Source: Ramazzottius varieornatus
Taxonomy: Eukaryota; Animalia; Tardigrada
NCBI GenBank assembly: GCA_001949185.1
Contig: BDGG01000007.1
Span: forward strand, 747,802 to 811,801
Length of the DNA: 64,000 nucleotides
Direction of reading: 5' to 3'
Shown: positions 27,330 through 40,481 of the stretch, piece by piece
Position numbering within the stretch: position 1 is the first letter of the stretch
Layout: the number at the start of each line of letters is the position of its first letter
Program-made: the position numbers and the translations under genes
The notes under the pieces: model-generated
Database searches by the model: none
The model's input: the letters and a program-made list of their open reading frames with translations, nothing else
Told to the model about the DNA's origin: nothing

Positions 27330-29800
27330 TAAAAACAAAACGGGAACATCAGGCCTTTTCCGGACAGACTTTTAGGTATCTCATCATGGAAATGGTAACG
27401 CGAAGTCGACCATCAGAGCTTCTTACACGTAGGCGAAGGAAATCTCTGATGGCACGTTGGACAGCAGGTTTCCCGACAGGATCTTGATAGTAATGTTCCA
27501 GAGAAATTCGAAACACCGGCCAGGTAAACGCGAACAGTGGACAATGATAATCCTTCCTCGAACATATGGGCCAGAAAAACAATAATCCCTTTTCGATCAA
27601 GCTGACGTAAATCAATGAAATGGTCAGAGCAGAAACGAGAGAACGAACGCACTTCTGAGCGATAAGTGTTCCGAGTCGAAGAGGCAAGATGGTTATGTAA
27701 CAGTTGTAAGGCGGTGGTCTTGAGGGAAGGCATGATGAAAATGAAGAATAGACGGAAGAAAAGGAAGGGAGGAGAGGCCGAAGATGTTCAAGGCCCGGAG
27801 TAGGCAGAGGTTCATATGCGGTGTGTGTGGAGCGAGGGATACAAAAAGAGACGTCTCGAATCTTGACAATGCATCAGAGATGCCATTGTCCACGCCTTTG
27901 ATGTACTTGGGGGTCAATGTGAAGTTGTTCACAGCTGCAATCATCATCATCTGGCACAAAAGATGGACGATCTCCGGCTTGGCTGCAGAAAAGTTCTCCC
28001 AGGCCTGACAGACAGACTGGTTACCGGAATGGAACATGATTTTGTGACCGACAAAGGAAAGACGCCACACACGGCAAGCTAAAATGAATCGGTATCAGTT
28101 CCAGGAAAGCAATGAACGTCCGACTAGATATCCATTCTGGCCATTTCCCGTGAAACCACGCACCTTCCCAACGAAAAAGGAATCATTGATATAATGCAAC
28201 ATCTCGGGATGACCGGACACATCTACAGTGATCCGATTGTGGGCTTCCAATAAAAAACAGAAGAGATAAGGGTAAACATAAGATCGAAATAAAACTTCCC
28301 ATTCACCTAACAGAGGCCAGCTCGGACAGGAATGAAATGGAAAGCGTACTTAACATACTGCCTGGAAAAAACTGACCCACATCATTGCAGGATAATAACT
28401 TTACAACATGAGCAGAAAGAAAGATTATGCGCATGTTTGTCGATGAAGTCATCAACACCAAACTCAAAATTTTGGACGCTCAAAAGAACGCTCAAAGAGT
28501 TGTACACAAAATGACCAAAAGGAGGATAATCGAAAGGACAGACAGTTTGTTTTAATGGAAACTTCCCTGTCGATAGATGCAGATAATATATCAGAAAAGG
28601 TAACAGCAGAAACAGCACTAGGATTAAACAGAGATTCACGAGAACCGGTGTAGCCTATTTTGGCTCCGTAACGTAGGATGACGATAAGCTGATGGACGAA
28701 AGGCTGATTAGGATGAGGGGCCAATGGAAGCGAATACAGAGGCAGTAAACGGAGTGTTTATACTGCCGGAATTTGTAGATTTCTTGGCAAGGAAATTGTA
28801 GTGGTTGTAACGACCGTGGGTATGGACCAGATTGATGTGGTACTTGAACTTAGGACAGGTGGAGGTGAAACTGCCGTCGTTGAAGTCTTTGCAGATTTCG
28901 TCCCGCGGAAAACGGGGCGCCCATGAAAGGGCTGGTCAGACTTTCGGTTCATCAACTTGAGACACTGTGGACGAATACGGGGACGAATACGGGGACGAAT
29001 ACGGGGACGAATACGGGGACCGCCATACTCGTAACAAATGATGGATTTCTTCTTGGGATTTTTCGTATCGGGATCGGAGTGCGAAGAATCAACCACCGCA
29101 TTGATGACTTGGTCGTAGAACGTAGTGGTCTGAAGGGGGAACCACAGAGGCGGAAAGCAATATCGTAATCGAACCTTCCCTTGAAGTGTTTGTGAGACCG
29201 AGGCAACTGGGACGTGACGTCAAGATGATTTCACAATGAAAAAGTCAGCTGTGGGTTGTGGAAGGAACGATGGGCAGCGTAGATATGAAACGCGCACGAC
29301 CAGTTGGCTAAGTCCTTGATAACCGTGCGACAGTAGCTGGGTGACTTGCTGTGCTCGTGCTTACGCCTGGTACCGGTAAGAAGAGTCGGTAACTCTTCAA
29401 AATTGATGAAATTGCCCTGGATGAGCTTCTCTTTTGACTTGGAATCCATTGCAGTAAACATTTCCCGCTCGTCTTGTGAAGTGGAGGGACCATTGCGGTG
29501 ACCAATAAGGCTTCTTGCATCAAAGTCGCAACGAAGATGCGGGTTGCGATAAAAGAGGGATTCTCGAGAAATCTAACCACGGGTGATAGTGCAGAAGGTG
29601 GCATAATGAGGACGATGGTGTTAACCGGATGAGGATTTGGAAGGAGATCGATGCTTGAAAGCCGATCCCAACACGTAGCGAGACGCATCGTCCCCAGATC
29701 CGAAGTTCTGATTTAGAGAAGTAATAGAAGCAGATGAAATAGATTCTGTATCGGAATCAGACATGATTAAATAGTATGAAGCACATGGGTAAAATGAATC
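27330..29800 (-). mobile_element. Decayed tyrosine-recombinase retrotransposon (DIRS/Ngaro type)
   Basis: Gag-like KEKLIQGNFINFEEL..WSCAFHIY..YDIAFR; pol start HPNQPFV..ILRYGAKIGYTG; RNase H C-terminus NQSVCQAW..YIKGVDNGISDALSR; YR N-terminal helix region LASSTRNTYRSEVRSFSRFC..GLSLSTVRVYLAGVS. RT core largely missing, many frameshifts, YR truncated. Confidence 0.8.
28969..29020. repeat. 12-bp tandem repeat (GGACGAATACGG) x4.3 inside the gag-like region
   Basis: Directly visible; produces the PRIR/VPVF/TNTG repeats in the ORF track. Confidence 0.95.
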
Positions 29801-31680
29801 CAATCTAAATAAATTCAGTCAAGAAAGCAGATTTATGACGGAGAAAAGATCGAAGTGCGACGTGAGCGTATTTAAACTGTGATGTCAAGTAAATTTGAAT
29901 GCATGATACACAAGGGTTAGAACGCATGGCAAACGTGTTAGAAATACATGGGTAAACAAAGTATAAAAAGATCAAGCACAATCAACTCTGGTCCGAGCAT
30001 GACCATACAACATATACCTAACATCGAGAGTAGCTTCATCGTTCATGTTGGACATGAGCGATGAAGAAGTGTACAGAATATCAAACAGAGTAGACAAAGC
30101 TGCGCCGGAAGAAGGAAGTTCATGGGCGTGGACAATGGTCAAAGCACGTATGCCAAGAACATTAACACATTTAATGCTCAAGTTCGATTTAATCGCCAGA
30201 AATATGAACTTTCAAAACTTCCATCCGAAAAACCGTAAAGTCAAACTTGCAAACCTAATATCTCCTATTGCAGCTACCGTCGCAAGCACTCACGCTAGCC
30301 CTCTTGCATTTCTGCAGTATTGTGGTTCTGATCACCTTCCCAAACAGCTCAAACTTGCAGTTTCTCCTTTGATACAAGGGAAAGTTGCCACTAGGGCCAG
30401 GCCACGCAACGCAACGCAGTAAAATTGTGTGGTGTGTGATGGTTCGCCTACTTTGCGCGGCCTTTTCAGTGGTCTGAAGCACTAGCTTGATCAGTACACG
30501 CACGACGAGAAATTATGGTACAGTAAACATTTCAATTTTCTTTCATGGAAAACGTGGGGTATTCGAATCATATCCTGCAGTAATGTCAGCCGCATGTTTT
30601 ATTTTTATTTCTACTTTTTCAGTAGTCCGCACACATAATTTCGTTGTAGTTTGCTGTTTGTCCAATACAATGGAAAACCAACACAATAAGTGTCGGTCTT
30701 CGGACTTTAAAATTTTGAAAGTTAACGATGAGCTGCAGTTTACAGTTTCCTATTTTCTGAAAAAAAATTCAAGCCGAAATCTAGTTTTTTTGACGCCCTA
30801 CAGTACGTTTCCAAAAGGATACAGGGCCGTTCGCCCCCGAGCAGTACTAACCAACATCATGAGTCTTCCCAGTCACCAAGAAGGCCGAGAGCATGCGAAA
30901 AGCGCCCACATGTCCGTCATGCTCTGTTGATGTGACACGAAAACGCGATAAAAGCTTCTCTCGAAGAAACGTTGTGTCCTTTACAGACCACACGCCTGGT
31001 TTTGAATCAGATGTAGTCGGGCTCTAGGATACTTTGCCTCCTCCCTGGGGTTGAAGATTGCCTCAGGCACATTATCAGCAACAAGACTCTGATCCATAGG
31101 GCTTGGTTTCAACGCCACAAAAAGTCCCAACTTGCCTGATAAGATAATGTGATGGTCTAAAATACAGCCTTAATCCATTCCGAGGTTCCACCAAAAACAC
31201 AGATACGACTGATAAATGATAAAACACAGGCAACACATATATTTTTGTGACGCTCTCCAGGATGTGTCCATTTGGACTCTAAGAACAGCTCGTTCACACA
31301 GGCTAATGGATCGGTGTAAATCGGATACTTGATTTCAGAAACGTCCAGTGCTTTGCAATTGTGCTTTTAGCTGATGTTAAAAGACGCAAAACAGCTAATG
31401 ATAGTTCAGCCTATCGGCTTCTGGTCTTAATGCTTTCGTCTATTCAGATCAAGCACCCGATTCTAAAAGTTCCAGGTATATAACCTTGTGTTGCCAGATT
31501 TCTTTACAGGATAAGAACGAATTACAATAGCGCAGTCCTTTGTCCATCGAGCCTGTGGGCAATCTGCGTCCGGCAGTTGCGATCCGTGATCCTCTGCCAG
31601 TGTCGTTAAGCGTATCACAGACCGTTTTAACAAAGGTCGTCCTCGAGAAACTGGGGATTGACACAAAACTTTTGGAGGAG

Positions 31681-34034
31681 ATGCTACCCAACTTTGTCCG
31701 AAGTTTGATGTGGGCCTCATTTATTACCGGTGTCTTATCAACATGTTGCGCTACGACGGTCTCTCCAAGGTTGAATGTCACTGTAGCCATATACGGTATC
31801 AATACGCCCGTCATCCTGGGCTCGCTGCCCTATACTCTACCGGGGTTCCTGGAGGGTTTGAAACACATTGGGTCCAAATATGACTTTCAGATTAACACGA
31901 CCGTTCTTACCGGTCGCCACACCAAAGTTGTCCATGATTGTTCCGAACTTTCCCAATACCTGTACCTAGTCTCCCAGTTTTACTACAGCAGGTCGAAGGA
32001 TGGATCACCTTTCCTTCTTCTTCACACTGGATGCAATGAAATCTACGACTTAGCTGCGATGAGCCGGGGTAAGCCCAGCGGTTTTCATCAAGCAAGCACG
32101 CTGAGTTTAATTCAACTACGATTAACTTTTAGAGTGGAACACACTGATTTTTACCAGGTGACGGTATCAAGCTGCATGAATTTTATGTGTGTAACAGTAA
32201 TCTAGAATTATGCAGAAACTCAATCTGTACTTACAGTAGCGGCACGGTCCCTGCTACCTCACTAAATTCTCTGGACGTATTCCACAATCAAATATCGTCG
32301 TCTTTGGTCAACGTGCAGCAGATGGTTCTAGTGCTACAAACACTTTTGAAGTACTTCTCGTGGTCAACAATTGCGGTTGTTCGTGATAGCGATTCACTCT
32401 TCAGTTCTTTGGCGGATACTATAGTGGTGTTCAATGAAAAGGCTAAAGATAAACTGAACATCAAAACTCACACGCTTTTAAACGTCTCGACCATGGAAGA
32501 TGAGAGACTTCTCTACCGGATTAAGCAGCATGCGAGAAGTAAGTTTCATTACGTTAGTATCAACTAGCTTTTCAAAGAGTGTAGTAATTGACATTAGAGG
32601 CTATTTTTCAGTCGTCTTGTTACTCATGAATGGTGGAACAGTTCGCTCTTTCCTGGTATGGTTTTTCACATAATGAGATCGCGCGAACGATCAAGCGTTT
32701 AGCACTGAGTCTTGTTCGGAGTCAGGTCAAAGCCCACAATGCATCCATGACGAACGGAGAATACGCAAGTACCATCGGTTTTGCTAGCATACCGTACTGG
32801 AAAAGAAGAAGGATTGAAAACACCAAAGCGAAAATAACATATACACGGTAGCTTTGCATTTCAGGTTTACATCACCATCCAACCGTTCAACAACGAGAGG
32901 CGATATGGAAAGCTGGGTTGGCGAAAGAACGAAACGGACGATTCGGTAAGCGCGTGGCCACCATTTTCCTTAACGTAGGCTAGTTCAGCTTAACAGGGAA
33001 CTTCAAGCAGGCAGCAAGAGAAGCCTTTCGCTCGTTACTTTTCGTCACCACCACCTGCCACGGGAAGGAATCATACAATCAAACCCGGATGGCAAAGTTC
33101 AAAACCGACGGCGTCCAAAATTATGGCGCGATATATTGGGAGAACGAAGAAGTAAATATTTTCCAATTACGGTGAAATTTGAGCGGTCTATGACTTCAAC
33201 AGAGTTTTCGTTCATGGACAGCCCACAAACGCATTCTTCATGTACGAGCTCGTCAAACTAGGAGGCCGAGTTTTGGACCGTGCCGTGCGAGCAGGCATGG
33301 ATGTCTGCGACGGTTCCGCAATTGCCGACCTTTTTCGAGAACGGACGTTCGATGTCGATGGTCGAGTGATAAAAACGGACAGAAATAACAGAGTGCTGAT
33401 CAATTACTGCGTTAAAGATCTTCGTCCTGGCGACGAGATTTTGGTTACGGTATGTTTGTGTGCATGCGAGCAGCTCGAAATATATGGTGGTACGATTGTG
33501 TCGTTGCAGAATGTTCTACGTTATAACCCGAAAGAGATCAAGTTCATTCCTCTCAACGGAACAACGATAGACTGGAAGAATCCAGAGAATCGCCCACCGC
33601 CAAACGAGCCTCGTTGTGGCTTCACAGGGGACCGCCCAGTTTGTCTTCAGTGTACGTACCAGTTGTTGCACCGAGTTAAGCATCACCCTTTCTCAAACCG
33701 TGCGCTCTGCAGATAATCACTACTCACTGGCAGCAAGCGTAAGGGACTGGGGATCGGCCATTGGAGGACTTTTCATTATAGCTCTGGTGGCAGGATTTTG
33801 CTACTGGCATTATGCTCTAAAGTACGACTTCTTCGAAACCGATTGACCACTGGGCAGTTCGTGTAGTAGTGATGTGAAATCAGCGCAACAAATCCTTCGC
33901 TCAGTTCTTTCGTTTTTAGAGATGCCGAAGGTTCTTGGTGGCTGATTACTATTGGTTCTTACGACATCCACGAGCAGACTCTGGCTAGATCGGGGAAGAT
34001 CCGTTTCAGCATAAGCTATCGCCATCAGCGTTAG
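31681..34034 (+). CDS. Cyclase-less ANF-receptor-like single-pass receptor (subfamily B)
   Basis: ATG 31681 signal peptide, RLNVTVAIYG..LPYTLPGFLEG; micro-exon 32133-32157 EWNTLIFT; LLKYFSWSTIAVV; AFRSLLFV; DGSAIADLFRERTF; RPPPNEPRCGFTG; TM AIGGLFIIALVAGFCYW; last exon from 33920 DAEGSWWLITIG...HQR*. An unspliced alternative stop lies at 33846. Confidence 0.78.
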
Positions 34035-36424
34035 GCAGAAATTATCTGGTAGACCTTACGATTTATTTGTTGATGTTTAGCCTTGATCGTATAGCAGTCC
34101 ATAAGCCTCCTGGATGACTGGGCTGTCTGTGTTACAGATAACACTAACTTGTGTCGCGATGTTCCGTATTGTTTTACACAAGCACTCTGTTCGGATGTAG
34201 CCGGCCTGATTGTCTCTTTGTATCCTTCGTCATATCTGTGGGTAGGTGCCGTCCTCCGGCATAACTGTACGAAGTAGCCGCTATGGAGATATCCAGTGAG
34301 TTTTTCCGGCTTGGAGATATTTAGGTCTGATCTCAGCTTAGACTGATTCAAACTACCTTTTCTTGGTTTATAAACTGATCACTCCTTTTGATCCTTCTGA
34401 AGCAAACCGGAAGCCTCGACGACACAAAACTGATGACAAATCTGTCTCGGAAGGAAGGTGGGTCGCACGCAATGGCAAAGAGCCTATTTGACCTACTATG
34501 ATCAAGCAATGAACCATTCGAATTAATGCTCGATGGATATTTTCATGCCGGAAATTTCCACTGGATATCTCCATGCCGGCTGCCTCGTCTCCCCGCTCGG
34601 CGCAATTGTACCCTCCTCCGGCCTAATTGTGTCCCTCTCGCAACATGTCTTTGCGCCGAGAAGCGCACCAATGCTGCATGTTTTCGTTCATATTTCATGC
34701 TACAGTATTAGGTAAACAACATTCGAGCACACCAGTGTAAACCTGCGCATTCGGTCGGTATTTCATACTGTTACAAGCGTCACTTTGAAGAAATTGACCA
34801 CTTGACGGTGCCACATTTTCGGCATAATTATAGCTTTCCGCGAACAGTGGCTCGCTAAAGCTGTGAACACGGTCGAATAAAAAGATCCATACAAAGCACT
34901 TTTCTTCGCAAGCGATCTGAAACTTGAAGCAGCCGAGCGACGTTTCGCGAGTGTTTAATTCTTATTAGGTGTGGTTGTCAATTGACAGTACAGTAGTATA
35001 CCGAGAATCTAATTTCCGATGCTTCCGTTAGACATACCTCGTCGCTTTTTCTTTGAAAAACAGTTAAGATGCGTAAAGCTCGATCTTTAGCTACTTGAAC
35101 ACATCGCGGAGCATGCTTAAGCGCAACTCCGAAGTTCAACCGATCAACTCAACCTATCAACATTAACCGAACCTCGCACGTTCCGTGATGTCCCCACCTC
35201 CACTTCTGCTACCTTACTGGCCCCTTGTAATGCGTCTAGCGCTGAAATCAGAGCATAACTTTTTGCTGCTTATCTCAGCCTTTCAGGAGAAAACAGTGTG
35301 TGATCTGCAATTCTCAAGCAGATTTCTGTCTGCGCGACTTCACGAGGGAGATGCGAGGGGTGGATGTACTCAATGGCCAGCCGTCGCGATGAGGATTCGC
35401 GGCTCTGGTACGCTGTTCCGGTTAAAGGCAGCAATTATGCCGCATAAGTTCGGCCCCAGCATAATTGTGTCCCTGTAGCCATCTGGCCATAAAGATACAA
35501 TTATGCCGCTTACATTTCGTGCACCTCTTGCTGTGGAATGGTTTTTATGCACCAAATAGGGTTTTGTTGCTTTGTGACTAATTCGTCGCTCGTCAAAAGA
35601 GACAACTCTGTCACAATCTTGGCCCTCGCGGTGGCAAAAACTGGTGCGCCGTAGGCCTGCAGATCGTCCTTTGTAGCGAGATATTTTGGGGTCTTGAGCA
35701 TTCGGGGGCTGGTGATGGGAGGTTTCACATCTCTTTACGAGGGAAAAGTCTCATCTTTCGACTTTATCTTCCAGAGTCTTTTTGACCGCTGTTTCCACGT
35801 CAAACCACTGCAGTGCTAACTCGTTCGTAATCCTTCGCTGACACGTACAGTGTCGGAAAAAGAAACCTGCCCGAGATCATTAGTAAGGCCTCAATTCAAA
35901 GACCGTACTTAATCAATGTGTTAAGGCGTGTGATCGCAGGTAGACAACCCAGATTCCCGGCGTATGCACGAATGACGCTGGGTTGACTATCAGGAGGGAG
36001 GTGCTGGCACCGCGGTGGGATCAGCTGAGTATGGTACTTCTGCACACCTTGCCTCTCTAACCAGTAAATACAGATACGGCAAAGGTTCCAGTGGTCCATT
36101 TTCAAGCGAATCTTTTTTGGGTGCATTGAAAGACATAGTTGAGCTCCTTGCGCCTGGAAGACTTGGACCTCTGCGCAGTACCATAACTAGAGCAGTGCTC
36201 ACCTACAGTTTAGGAAAGGCGACCCTTCCCGTTTTCCAACTGGATAATTTTTCCACCTTTCAGCTGGATCCGGAGTTGCTGTCTACGAGACCGTGATGTA
36301 ACCTGGAAAACGAGAAAAAAAAGGCAACCGAAAGACCTGGAAGACCTTCATTGAACCGTCCGATTATCCCTGACCAACGCGAAACATGTTCACTAAACCG
36401 CAACCGATGAAATTTCGAACTGGA

Positions 36425-37820
36425 ATGTCTGTCACCCATGTTTTGCTGTCCCATTCGCAAATGGCTTTTGTAACTTTGTTGGTATCTCACGCTGTAGTGA
36501 CGAGATCACCAAGACTGAACATTACAGTGGGAATTTACGGCAAGCCGCCCTACCATACGTCCTGCCGGGATTTTTAGAAGGGTTAAATCATACTGCAACT
36601 CGATATGACTTCCAAATCTACTCCACCGTCCTCTCCGGCCGCCATACCGTCATGGTCCGAGATTGTATCGAGCTGGCGCAATACCTGTATTTGGTGCCAC
36701 AGTTTTACTACAGCAGACCGAGAGATGGTTCCCTCTTCCTGTTATTGCACACCGGATGTAACGAAATCTATGACCTTTCCGCAATGAGTTTAGGTAGGTC
36801 TCAAGCGTCTTTCTCACCTACACTTCTTTAAATACCCCAACTCTCAGCTCGAAGCACACCAAATTTTTAGAATGGAACACTCTGGTTCTCAGCAGGTAAG
36901 CCTGACTTCGTTGTAAAAGCTGCAGAGGCTTTCTCCACCCGACACTCGTGTGCTAATGTTGAGCCTTACGTGTGATTCCTGCAGTGCAGGACCGAACACC
37001 TCCGGCCTGAGTTCCCTGCTGAGACTGTTCCACAACCTGATATCGTCGTCTGTGGTCGACTTCACGCAGATGATCATAGTGCTGCAAGAACTGCTGAAGT
37101 ACTTTTCGTGGTTAGCAATAGCAATTGTTCGAGACAAGGATCCGCTGTTTTCCTCTCTGGTGGACGTGATGACATCGCTGAACGAAAATGCAAAGGAGAA
37201 ACTGACCATGACGGTCTACAGTCTGTTCAACGTTACGAGCATGAACGACGGACTGCTCTTAACATAAATCAAGAACCATGCAAGAAGTAAGACCGATCAT
37301 GACGAAATTTCTTCTACAAGCCGTACAACGAACAGCGCAACGTTGCTGTGCGTCGACCTGTACGTCTAATTACGCTCGATGCTTGCACTTGTCATACTGT
37401 TGATGAATGATGTAACAGTTCTCAACTTCCTGGTAAGTTTTAGATTTTCCCAAATTCGAGTTAGTGCTGCTTCGATCGAACGCCCTCCGTATTATATCCA
37501 GAGCAAAGCACACAACGCTTCTATGACAAATAGAGATTCAAGTATCAAGATCCTCTTGCGCATGTTGTCGTTATTGATATTTTGATTAAAACTCGACGCT
37601 ATGGACAACTATTGACCTAACAACTATCAGAAGCTTCTACCTAGGCGTATATAACTATGCAGCCCTATTACAACGAAAGACGATACGGAAAATTAACCTG
37701 GAACTTGAGCTTACTGAAATTTTGACAGAATGTCCTGCAGTACAATGCGAAGAAAAAGCGTATTTTTGCTGTGAACGGGACGACCATCAACTGGAATAGT
37801 CCGGAAAACCTTCTCCTAAT
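36425..37820 (+). pseudogene. Subfamily B receptor pseudogene
   Basis: Close paralog of 49113-52110. Deletion/frameshift after VGIYG, TAA at 37265-37267 where the paralog has GAA, internal deletion near 37705, and no TM exon found. Confidence 0.85.
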
Positions 37821-39004
37821 ATCGTTTTTGGAGAACCGACCGTTTCGTATTCTCTCATAACCTTCACAGCGAATGATCACCGGGCAGTTGTTCGACCGCC
37901 TGTGAGCGAGAAGGCCGCTCTTCGCAGCACCGTACGAACGCTTATCTTGACTAGCTTCCCTTGTTTCTTTTCGCCTGCGGTTTTCCCGTCGCTGCTTAAT
38001 TGGAGTTTCCCACACACTCATCCCAAGACTTAGATAAACTGTTTTGGCCTAGTTTTTCATTTTTCTTACTCGGCCTGTTCCGAAAAAGGCTCGTAAATGT
38101 AGGCCCGAATCGTTGTTACTGGCACTCTCTTTCGTGGTTTTATGCCACTGGTTTCGCAATAAACTTGGATAAATTTCTCTTTCATCACAAAATACTTCGC
38201 AGAGTTAGTCTTCTTTGACCAAGTTCGGGTACTGGCAGCTCAATGGGGCTGAATATCAATCAATTAACGGAGTGTCTATGCACCGTTAATACCTTGAACT
38301 GACCTTCAACACTGGTTGATACAGTATATGCACAATAATAGGGGGACTGGACCCTGGTTTTTAAACACGCGTAGCGTGTTGCTGACGTTAGCAACGTGAT
38401 TACATTCGAACTTTGTGCGATTAGTTGACCCATTGCTTGCACGACCCGTGTTGGGTGGAAGGGAAGTGCGAGATGTCGTCTGTTGTAGCTGAAGTTCGAA
38501 TACTCGGAATACTTATTTTTAAAAAAACGATTGTCTATGCGCCGTTAGTCCTTCTATTGACATTCGACTCTACACAGGACAGATCTAAAGTTCTTGCACC
38601 GACTCTCAACTGTCGTAGTACTCTGTAAGAACCTTGAGCTAATCGTGGGTGTGGACCGGACCCGTGGGTTCTTGTCCCAGAGGCCGGGCGGTGCGTTTCG
38701 GCGTACCGCCTGTAGTTCAGAGCAGAAAGCGCAAGCAGTTTTCGTATTTTCGTACTGTAGTTTGAGTGTTTGCGATGTCGACACCGCTGACATCGCAGTA
38801 CCGGTTGATCAATCATCCCATAGCAATGTTCTAGTCGGGCTCTATGACGAATCAACTGTGTTGGTCATGGCTTTGTTGGTGATGACTTTATTGGTGACGA
38901 CGCATACAATGTACGGCAAAAAAGACACCAGAAAGAATGGGCGTTGGTTGGTACCAGCTTGTTCAAGCCAGTCGAATTTGAGAACTTGACTGATTCGGAT
39001 GATG

Positions 39005-39652
39005 CCCGGTTGGCAACGCCTCAAAAGCCTCGAATCCGTCCAAATAAGATTTGGGCCACGTCGGGGTTCTATTTGGGGGTTAGTTGTTGGCTATTTGTTG
39101 GCTAATTGTTGGCTATTTGGTGCCATTCAGGAACTTTCATGTCCGATAAACTTGAGTGTTTTAGGGTTTACTGAGATGCAACAGAAATCCTAGCGATTTC
39201 AGTTTGAGCGTCAGTGACAGAACGTCCGATTCCGTTCCGCGCCTGCCATGCACTTAGCAGGCGCGAAACAGAAACCATATTCATCTCAAGGCAGGCCTTT
39301 CTGGCGTTCTCTTCAGTCTCTATTCACTAGGCACCATATGCGTTGTGGCTTAAAAACATATGGTACCGTGCAATCAAAGCTAGATAGAACGCCAGAGAGG
39401 CCCGCCTTGAGATGAATATGGTTTCTGTTTCGCGCCTCCTAAGTGCATGGCAGGAACGGAATCGGCCGTTCTGCCACTGACGCTCCAACTGAAATCACTG
39501 AAATTCCTGTTGCACCTCAGTAAACCCTAAAACCTCAAGTTTATCGGACATGAAAGTTCCTGAAAGGCACCAAATAGCCCCCAAACGGAACCCCGACGTG
39601 GCCCAGATCTTATCTGGACGGATTCAAGGCTTTTGAGGCGCTGCCAACCGGG
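39005..39652. mobile_element. Foldback MITE, CCCGG termini, 3-bp TSD ATG
   Basis: About 300-bp near-perfect inverted arms (CCCGGTTGGCA.CGCCTCAAAAGCC... / ...GGCTTTTGAGGCGCTGCCAACCGGG); ATG at 39002-39004 and 39653-39655; TTGTTGGCTA mini-repeat in the left arm. Confidence 0.9.
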
Positions 39653-39882
39653 ATGACTGACTGTCTGTATTTGAGACGCTCCGCTCATTTTCTAAGGTCT
39701 ATTTTATCGTGCACTGTTCTATCTCCAGACTTTTTCCAGACTCATTTCAAAGAGTTAGAGTCCCAGAAACAACACTTGCATTCAAACCTCTAAATCTGAG
39801 GTGCACTTTGAGTCGTGTAATAGAGAAATTCATCTGTCCGAAGACTATCGCTTTCGACATTTTAGGAACAGTCTGGTGTTTA

Positions 39883-40481
39883 CAGGGCGCTCGCACAACT
39901 TGCTACCACCTGTTATTTCCACGAGGAAAAAATCAGATTGCTTCTTTTCCGCCTGTTCTTCTACACTATTCATACAACTTTTCAAGCTGTTTCGGTTGAA
40001 CTCTGAGCCGTTTAATGATATTGAACAGCAGCTTAAAGAATTTGACTAGTGTGACTCCCGGTGGGGAAGACCTATCGCAACGACCAAAACTGTTGTCCAC
40101 AGGACCCCATGTTAGAGTTTCGATCCGACATCTGCTATCAAAAAACCAAAATCTCCCCGGTTGTACGTGTGGTTCAAAAATATCCACCGGAATATCAAAA
40201 CAACTCAGTGAATGAATTTCAAACAGCGAATTCGGCCACTTTGACGGCAAACCTTGCTCTATGAGAAAAATTTTAGCTTTTGACCTGATCGGCAGATTCG
40301 TTGTTCCGACCTCTCTTCGATTGTCCCAGCTCGGGGTCTAGTTATTTTCGGTCGCACTGCCGCATGACTTCGACCGAAAAGTGATTTTCTGACTAGGGAA
40401 AATTATTCCGAAAGTTGAGTAATGATCCAGTCGTGGAAGTTATGATTTTATCGGTGGTAGCAAGTTGGTGCGAACGCGTTG
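39883..40481. mobile_element. Tc1/mariner-like MITE, same family as 22421-22775
   Basis: TA-CAGGGCGCTCGCACAACTTGCTACCACC ... GGTGGTAGCAAGTTGGTGCGAACGCGTTG-TA. Confidence 0.75.
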
